Source: Acaryochloris marina MBIC11017
GTDB lineage: Bacteria > Cyanobacteriota > Cyanobacteriia > Thermosynechococcales > Thermosynechococcaceae
Assembly: GCF_000018105.1 (NCBI RefSeq)
Contig: NC_009925.1
Span: 1,680,001 to 1,712,000, forward strand
Direction: 5' to 3'
DNA length: 32,000 nt
In this document: one piece after another, positions 26,748 through 32,000 of the stretch
Layout of the letters: each line of letters opens with the position of its first letter
Position numbering within the stretch: the stretch's first letter is position 1
Program-made: the position numbers and the translations under genes
The notes under the pieces: model-generated
The model's database searches: none
What the model was told of the DNA's origin: nothing
The model's input: the letters and a program-made list of their open reading frames with translations, nothing else

Positions 26748-27473
26748 TTACGGTTCAGCCTCTACCTTGGCCCCAAACCAATATCCTTTGCCATAGATCG
26801 TATGAATGAGCGGCGGAGAGTTTTTGGCGGCAATTTTTCGACGCAGCAGCCGAATTTGGGCGGCTAAGACATTGCTACTCGGTTGATCTCCACTTGGCCA
26901 TAGATGTTGGTAAATCTGGTCATGGGTAAGCAGCTGGTGGGGATGCTGCATCAGATAGGTCAGCAGCTGACTTTCTTTTTCTGACAAGGTGATCGCCTGT
27001 CCTTGACAGTAGGCAATTTGGCTTTCCAAATCCAGTTCTAAGCCTTCCATCTGGATGCGCTGGAATAAGGCTTCCGGCGATGTTTGCGAGAACTGCTCAC
27101 TCCGACGCAGAAGAGCCCGAACTCGTGCCAGTAGCTCTCTTAATTCAAAGGGCTTGACTAGGTAGTCATCTGCACCGGCATCCAAGCCTTGTACCCGATC
27201 GTCTAGGGTATCTTTGGCGGTCAGGAATAAAACGGGGGTGAGTTGGGATTGCGATCGCAACTCCTGACACACTTCAATCCCCGACAATTTGGGCAACATC
27301 CAATCCAGGATAAGTAAGTCATATAGCTGTCCCTGGTCTATTTTTTGTTGCACAGCAAGTAGGGCCGCTTCGCCATCATTCGCCACATCAACGCTATACC
27401 CTTCCCGTTTAAGCAAACGGCCCAGAGCATCGGTTAATTCAACCTCATCATCAACTAGCAGAATTTGACTCAT
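26748..27473 (-). CDS. OmpR-family response regulator (REC plus winged-helix DNA-binding domain)
   Basis: 241-aa ORF with an acidic pocket (LLVDDE), phospho-acceptor context (LLILDWMLP), LTAKD, DYLVKPF, and a C-terminal wHTH (LTHDQIYQHLW ... IHTIYGKGYWF). No histidine kinase gene is adjacent. Confidence 0.9.
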   Translation of the reverse strand: MSQILLVDDEVELTDALGRLLKREGYSVDVANDGEAALLAVQQKIDQGQLYDLLILDWMLPKLSGIEVCQELRSQSQLTPVLFLTAKDTLDDRVQGLDAGADDYLVKPFELRELLARVRALLRRSEQFSQTSPEALFQRIQMEGLELDLESQIAYCQGQAITLSEKESQLLTYLMQHPHQLLTHDQIYQHLWPSGDQPSSNVLAAQIRLLRRKIAAKNSPPLIHTIYGKGYWFGAKVEAEP

Positions 27474-27569
27474 TGGTCACCACAGCAGGTCACAAAGCAG
27501 GGCTTACGGTACTGTTAAGGGGATATCCCCAAAAAGCATTGCCCCAGGCCAGCAGGATCAAACTGGATT

Positions 27570-27782
27570 ATGCCACAACCCGAAAACTCTCCCTCTCCAA
27601 GCAGCCTTGGCTTCCTTCTGAAAGTCTTGGGTCTTTCCACTATCCTATCGGCTGCCATCAAATATTTAGGCCCGCTCCTGCCGATTTCTGGCTCTAATGC
27701 CTTGGCGTTAGGCGTAGTGCTGACCCCCTCTCTAGTGCTGGGGGGTCTATTACTACTGCGGGGTCAACGCCAAGCGGGATAA
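27570..27782 (+). CDS. Possible small membrane protein (70 aa, two hydrophobic segments)
   Basis: ORF MPQPENSPSPSSLGFLLKVLGLSTILSAAIKYLGPLLPISGSNALALGVVLTPSLVLGGLLLLRGQRQAG has two helix-length hydrophobic stretches and a basic C-terminus. It diverges from the regulator gene, and its last 30 nt overlap the 3' end of the convergent HAD gene. No recognisable family. Confidence 0.4.
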   Translation: MPQPENSPSPSSLGFLLKVLGLSTILSAAIKYLGPLLPISGSNALALGVVLTPSLVLGGLLLLRGQRQAG

Positions 27783-28463
27783 ATCCGAGATTTCTGTATG
27801 GGTCGGTCCAGGTGGAGATTTGCCGGAACGATTCAACCACACGCCTCGGAGTCCTGCCTGTTCAGCCCCCTGATAATCATCCTGCCAACTATCGCCAATA
27901 TGCCAAGCGCCATCAGCAGCAATCTGATGTTTGGCCAACGCGGCTAAGAACACCTGGCTCTCTGGTTTGGCTGCACCCACTTCAGTAGAACTGGTGACCG
28001 TTTCAAAATAATCCCTGAGTTCTAAGGCTGCCAAAACAGGATGTAAGCGACTATCAAAGTTAGAAACCACCCCTAATCGAATGCCTTGCTGTTGCCATTC
28101 TTGAAGGACTTGCGGCACTTCAGGATAAACAAACCAAGGCTCTGGGGTTGCAAAGTGATCAAACAAAATTTGGAAAAAGGCATCAAAGTCGGTAAAGGCA
28201 GAGAATGCTCCCACGTCTTGGAAGGCGCGAGCAGCCACTGCTTTCCACCAAAGCAACTCCTGTTTATACAAATCGGGGGGGACAACACCTGGAAACGCAG
28301 CTTTAGGGGCGGCAAAGAAACTCTCTATAAATGCCTGATTTAAGCGTTGGGCATCAACCGTTACGCCTGCCTGAGCGGCAAAACGGCCATAAATCTCCCC
28401 GACGGTTCCCCGCACCCCAAATAAGGTGCCCACGGCATCCAGGAAAATTACAGAAGGCGTCAT
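27753..28463 (-). CDS. HAD-superfamily hydrolase (subfamily IA-like)
   Basis: 236-aa ORF with motif I FLDAVGTLF (nucleophile Asp present), motif II VVSNFD and motif III/IV KPESQVF ... HIGDSWQDD. Confidence 0.8.
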   Translation of the reverse strand: MTPSVIFLDAVGTLFGVRGTVGEIYGRFAAQAGVTVDAQRLNQAFIESFFAAPKAAFPGVVPPDLYKQELLWWKAVAARAFQDVGAFSAFTDFDAFFQILFDHFATPEPWFVYPEVPQVLQEWQQQGIRLGVVSNFDSRLHPVLAALELRDYFETVTSSTEVGAAKPESQVFLAALAKHQIAADGAWHIGDSWQDDYQGAEQAGLRGVWLNRSGKSPPGPTHTEISDLSRLALTPQ

Positions 28464-28530
28464 AGGTTACCTTGGGGGTTACAGTATCGGCTGGGTAGAT
28501 CATCGATTATGGTACCAGTGCAAAACACCG

Positions 28531-29682
28531 ATGAGTAATCCTTACCAGTCTCTGATGAAAGCGGGGTGGGTCACGTTAGGATTGCTAACCGGCCTGGCAC
28601 TGCTGGTCATCGTCTTACATGAATTACAGATCGTCAATGCTTGGCAACTCCCGCTGCAGCCAGTTTTAGCCTTTCTAAGCTGTGGCAGTATGGCCTGCTT
28701 TATCACTGCAGGAATGATGAAGCGGACGCCAGTAACTGTATCTTCAAGTCCTCGCCCTTACCGTTGGCGGCGGCGGTTGCTCTACTTCAGCATTTTTTTG
28801 CTGATTAGTATCAACGCCAGTACTTACCTGGCCGCCTATGCATTAACCCATGTTCGAGGGCCGGGACAATGGGGAATTGGCTTGCCTAAGCCCACCCATA
28901 TTCGCACTCCTGAGGAACGAGGCTTATCCTACACCACCCACCGTTTGCCGATTGATTCATCCGGTTGGCTAGAAGTCTGGCATATACCAGCAGATGAGGC
29001 TTCTTCAAAAGGGACAGTGGTGCTATTTCCGGGCAATCGCAGTACGAAGGACAGGCAGTTGATCGGTCCCGCTCAATCATTTTCCAAGTTAGGTTATGAC
29101 TCGTTATTGGTGGATTATCAAGGGGTAGGAGGTTCTAGCGGCTACACCACCACCGTCGGTATGCGAGAAGCAAAAGACGTGGTTGTGGCAGTCGACGCAT
29201 TGCCCTCCCTCAAACTCCCGCCTCCAGTCATTGTCTATGGAGTATCAATGGGGAGTGCGGCAATACTGAATGCGATCGCAACTCAAAACCTCCAGCCCGA
29301 TGCCGTCATTATTGAGCTTCCTTTTGCCCGGTTTATTGATGCCGTCCGTAGCCGCCTACGGCATCACCAGATCCCTCCATTTCCTTTAGCAGAATTACTG
29401 GTCTTTTGGGGAGGTGTACAGCATGGTGTCAATGGATTTAGCCATAATCCCGTTGAATTTGCCCGTGCTATCCAATGCCCCACCTTAGTGATGCAGGGTC
29501 AGCAAGACCCTTGGACCACCGTGGCAGAAGTCAAAACCCTCTTTCAGCAAATCACTGCCCCCAAACAATTGGTGATCGCATCAGATGGAGGACATCACCA
29601 ACTGATTGGGATTGATCGAGCTTTATGGGAAACCAACCTGAGTCACTTCTTACAATCGATCAACGCTGATAGGGAGTCATAG
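28531..29682 (+). CDS. Membrane-anchored alpha/beta-fold hydrolase
   Basis: The track ORF starts at 28426 and would overlap the divergent HAD start codon. ATG 28531 (MSNPYQSLMKAGW...) is more plausible. Three N-terminal hydrophobic helices, nucleophile elbow GVSMGSA (GxSxG), and later D and H contexts (QQDPW, GGHHQL). Confidence 0.8.
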   Translation: MSNPYQSLMKAGWVTLGLLTGLALLVIVLHELQIVNAWQLPLQPVLAFLSCGSMACFITAGMMKRTPVTVSSSPRPYRWRRRLLYFSIFLLISINASTYLAAYALTHVRGPGQWGIGLPKPTHIRTPEERGLSYTTHRLPIDSSGWLEVWHIPADEASSKGTVVLFPGNRSTKDRQLIGPAQSFSKLGYDSLLVDYQGVGGSSGYTTTVGMREAKDVVVAVDALPSLKLPPPVIVYGVSMGSAAILNAIATQNLQPDAVIIELPFARFIDAVRSRLRHHQIPPFPLAELLVFWGGVQHGVNGFSHNPVEFARAIQCPTLVMQGQQDPWTTVAEVKTLFQQITAPKQLVIASDGGHHQLIGIDRALWETNLSHFLQSINADRES

Positions 29683-29771
29683 AATTCCCCCTCAAGCCTC
29701 CCTTGAACCATCGCTTGAATAAGTCACAGCAGTAGGAGGACATTGCTTGCCCTCTGGTCAAGTTCTAGACC

Positions 29772-31916
29772 TTAGGCCGAGACCACAGTGCTAGTCTCCA
29801 ATGGTTGTACAAACACCCTGTGAGACTGCATCAGCGCTTTTTGCATTTGAGCCGCTGAAAGGGGCTTAGATAATAAGTAGCCCTGAACACAATCACAATG
29901 ATGTTGCTGGAGCCATTGCAGCTGTGCTTGGGTTTCTACTCCCTCAGCAATTGCAGTCATCCCTAAGTTGTGCGCCAAGGTAATCATTGTTCGCACAATT
30001 TCTGACTTTTCTGTATCAGTCACCAACCCTTCAATAAAAGAACGATCGATTTTCAGGGTGTCTAAGGGGAAGTTATGTAAAAAGCTCAGAGATGAATAAC
30101 CAGTCCCAAAGTCGTCGATTTGGAGTTGAAGCCCCAAAGCGCGCAGTTGACTAATGAGTTCAGAAACCATCACCTCATTTTCCATAATCATGGTTTCTGT
30201 AATTTCTAGCTTGAGGTGACGAGCACTGACTCCCGTCTCCGATAGAATCGATTGGATTTGTTTGCCTAAACTGGCCTGAGAAAACTGCTTACGGGACAAA
30301 TTAACGCTAATACTCAAGGGTGGAATCTCAGTCAGGGTCTGATGCCACTGCCATAGCTGTTGACAGGATTCTTCCAGGACCCACTGACCAATCGCTAGGA
30401 TCAATCCCGTTTCCTCCGCCACAGGAATAAATTCCTGGGGCGAAATTAAGCCTCGCTGAGGATGTTGCCAGCGGATCAGCGCTTCTAGGCTAACGATTTC
30501 ATGGGTTTTGAGGGAAATAATCGGTTGATAATAGAGCTGAAATTCCTGGTTGGCAATGGCAGCTCGCAGGTCGGTTTCTACCCGAAGCAATGCCTGAACG
30601 CGATCGCGCATGGCTGCTTCGAAGACGACATATCGAGACTTGCCCAGGGCTTTGGCTCGATACATGGCATTATCCGCATCCCGCAATAAATTTTCTGCCT
30701 GGGGCGAATGGTCTGAATTCAGAGCAATCCCGATGCTGGCCGAAATATAAACTGTATGCCCCTGAAGTTCAAAGGCTTTCTCTAACTCTCGATTGAGACG
30801 GCTGGCCACTTGTTCCGCTTGATCTTGCCCAGCAATATTCTCCAAAAGGATGGCAAACTCATCACCGCCCAACCGAGCAATCACATCACCGGGGCGTAAC
30901 GCTGTTGTCAGCCGTTGAGCCACTTCAATCAGCAGCTGATCCCCAATGGCATGGCCCAAACTATCATTAATAACCTTAAACCGATCGCAGTCCAGAAACA
31001 GCACGGCAAATAGATAGTTGGTCTGGCGATTGACGCGCGTCAGAGTCCGATGAAGCTGGTCCAAAAATAACGCCCGACTGGGTAGCCCTGTGAGATGATC
31101 GTAAAGCGCCACATGGTTAGTGAGATCCGTGTGCGACCCTGCCATCCGTACCACGCGATTTTTGGGGCCAAACACCGCCATGCCGCGGCTACTGACCCAG
31201 CGATAGGACTGGTCCCGGTGAAGCATGCGATATTGACATTCAAAGGCGGTTGTTTCCCGTCGCAAATGCCGCCGTAAATCGATGCGGAATCGTTCCTTAT
31301 CTTCCGGGTGAATGCGATCAAACCATTCTTGAATAGAAGGCTGTAGCGTCACTTCTGCTTGGCCAATAATCGCGGCCCAACGGGGAGAATAATAAACTTG
31401 ATGGGTTTGTAAGTTCCAATCCCAAAGCCCATCATTTGAGGCTTGGGCCACCAAATTATATTGTTCCTCTCGCTCCTGCAACGCCACTAATGTCCGAGTA
31501 TGGTTAATGGCATAGCGAATCGACCGCTCCAGTAAAGCGGATGTAATCATCCCTTTCACCAAATAATCCGTCGCCCCTGCCGTCATCGCAGCTAAGTCGA
31601 TCTCGCGATCTTCCTGGCCCGTCAACAAGATAATCGGAATCCGATGGCCTAAAGCAACCACTTCTTCTAGCAAGTCCAAGCCTGTTCGACTGCCTAAGCG
31701 AAAATCGAACACATAAATATCATGCTGGTGACGCTGAACCGCCTCTAGTCCTTTGTCATAGGTATCCGCCCAGTCCAGATCAAACTGGATGCTTTGAAAA
31801 TCGTCTAGGAGATCTTCAAAAAAGAAATAGTCATCTTCATCATCTTCCACCAGCAATAGTTTGATATGCAGTGGATCAAGATGCCTCACAACATTGCTCC
31901 GGGGGTAATGCCACAA
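29772..31916 (-). CDS. REC-PAS-GGDEF-EAL c-di-GMP turnover protein
   Basis: 714-aa ORF with a REC domain (LLLVEDDEDD, VFDFRL, LLTGQED, DYLVKG) and a PAS-like segment (NDGLWDWNL ... RMLHRDQSYRW). GGDEF is intact (RLGGDEFAILL) with RPGD five residues upstream (I-site RxxD). EAL is intact (EALIRW, DDFGTGYSSL, EGVET, QGY). The track start is TTG 31916; GTG 31889 is an alternative. Confidence 0.9.
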   Translation of the reverse strand: MWHYPRSNVVRHLDPLHIKLLLVEDDEDDYFFFEDLLDDFQSIQFDLDWADTYDKGLEAVQRHQHDIYVFDFRLGSRTGLDLLEEVVALGHRIPIILLTGQEDREIDLAAMTAGATDYLVKGMITSALLERSIRYAINHTRTLVALQEREEQYNLVAQASNDGLWDWNLQTHQVYYSPRWAAIIGQAEVTLQPSIQEWFDRIHPEDKERFRIDLRRHLRRETTAFECQYRMLHRDQSYRWVSSRGMAVFGPKNRVVRMAGSHTDLTNHVALYDHLTGLPSRALFLDQLHRTLTRVNRQTNYLFAVLFLDCDRFKVINDSLGHAIGDQLLIEVAQRLTTALRPGDVIARLGGDEFAILLENIAGQDQAEQVASRLNRELEKAFELQGHTVYISASIGIALNSDHSPQAENLLRDADNAMYRAKALGKSRYVVFEAAMRDRVQALLRVETDLRAAIANQEFQLYYQPIISLKTHEIVSLEALIRWQHPQRGLISPQEFIPVAEETGLILAIGQWVLEESCQQLWQWHQTLTEIPPLSISVNLSRKQFSQASLGKQIQSILSETGVSARHLKLEITETMIMENEVMVSELISQLRALGLQLQIDDFGTGYSSLSFLHNFPLDTLKIDRSFIEGLVTDTEKSEIVRTMITLAHNLGMTAIAEGVETQAQLQWLQQHHCDCVQGYLLSKPLSAAQMQKALMQSHRVFVQPLETSTVVSA

Positions 31917-32000
31917 CGGTAAACCAGTACTGGCCTAGGGTTTGCATCACCTCAACTAATGCGTCAAAGGTCACAGGTTTGGTGATGTAGGTATTGGCCC
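31876..32000 (-). CDS. 3' end of a CheY-like receiver-domain gene, 5' truncated by the window edge
   Basis: The minus-strand frame reads ...ANTYITKPVTFDALVEVMQTLGQYWFTVVALPPEQCCEAS*, with the stop at 31876-31878. The YITKPV...L...YW pattern is typical of the last strand and helix of REC domains. The stop overlaps the start region of the downstream REC-PAS-GGDEF-EAL gene by 14-41 nt. Confidence 0.6.
   Translation of the reverse strand, partial: ANTYITKPVTFDALVEVMQTLGQYWFTVVALPPEQCCEAS

Noticed and set aside
26608-26796. 62-aa ORF (MSLSDILQDILRPV...) between tilS and the response regulator
   Set aside because: It has no RBS and reads straight through the 13-bp terminator stem and its T-run. 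It then runs 49 nt antisense into the regulator gene. A transcript terminating at 26716 would lack its stop codon.
28426-28530. Upstream extension of the alpha/beta hydrolase ORF (track start 28426)
   Set aside because: It would overlap the start of the divergent HAD gene and adds a non-hydrophobic, Trp/Tyr-rich peptide. ATG 28531 directly precedes the first membrane helix.

Overview
This window looks like ordinary cyanobacterial chromosome, not an accessory or defence island. Evidence for a cyanobacterium: 15 perfect HIP1 octamers (GCGATCGC), a cyanobacterial-type RNase P RNA, a compact RNase E ending in the RRRRRRSSA nonapeptide, rimO-crhR synteny, ccsA and a PlmA-like GntR regulator. I support about 25 protein genes (two of them edge-truncated fragments), one ncRNA (rnpB) and several verified hairpins. 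I found no tRNA, rRNA, CRISPR array, transposase, integrase, toxin-antitoxin or restriction genes. Three themes stand out. (1) RNA metabolism is heavily represented: rimO, crhR, rne, rnpB, rnc and tilS. (2) A contiguous cell-envelope and proteolysis block spans 11.5-20.9 kb: VWA protein, M50 site-2 protease, TPR protein, M16 peptidase, a triple-SPOR protein, and a single-pass PstS-like protein. (3) Signalling genes lie at the right end: an orphan OmpR regulator, then a REC gene followed by a REC-PAS-GGDEF-EAL gene. The most unusual signal is a short peptide motif, T-x-[L/I]-Q, usually followed by D or E. It occurs 22 times in the predicted cytoplasmic tail of the PstS-like membrane protein and 6 times in the C-terminal 67 residues of the nearby VWA protein. 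Copies differ at synonymous codon positions, so the peptide rather than the DNA repeat appears conserved. I cannot assign it to a described family from the sequence alone. Every functional idea attached to it is inference. All calls rest on motif reading of the supplied translations and manual base pairing; no database search was possible.
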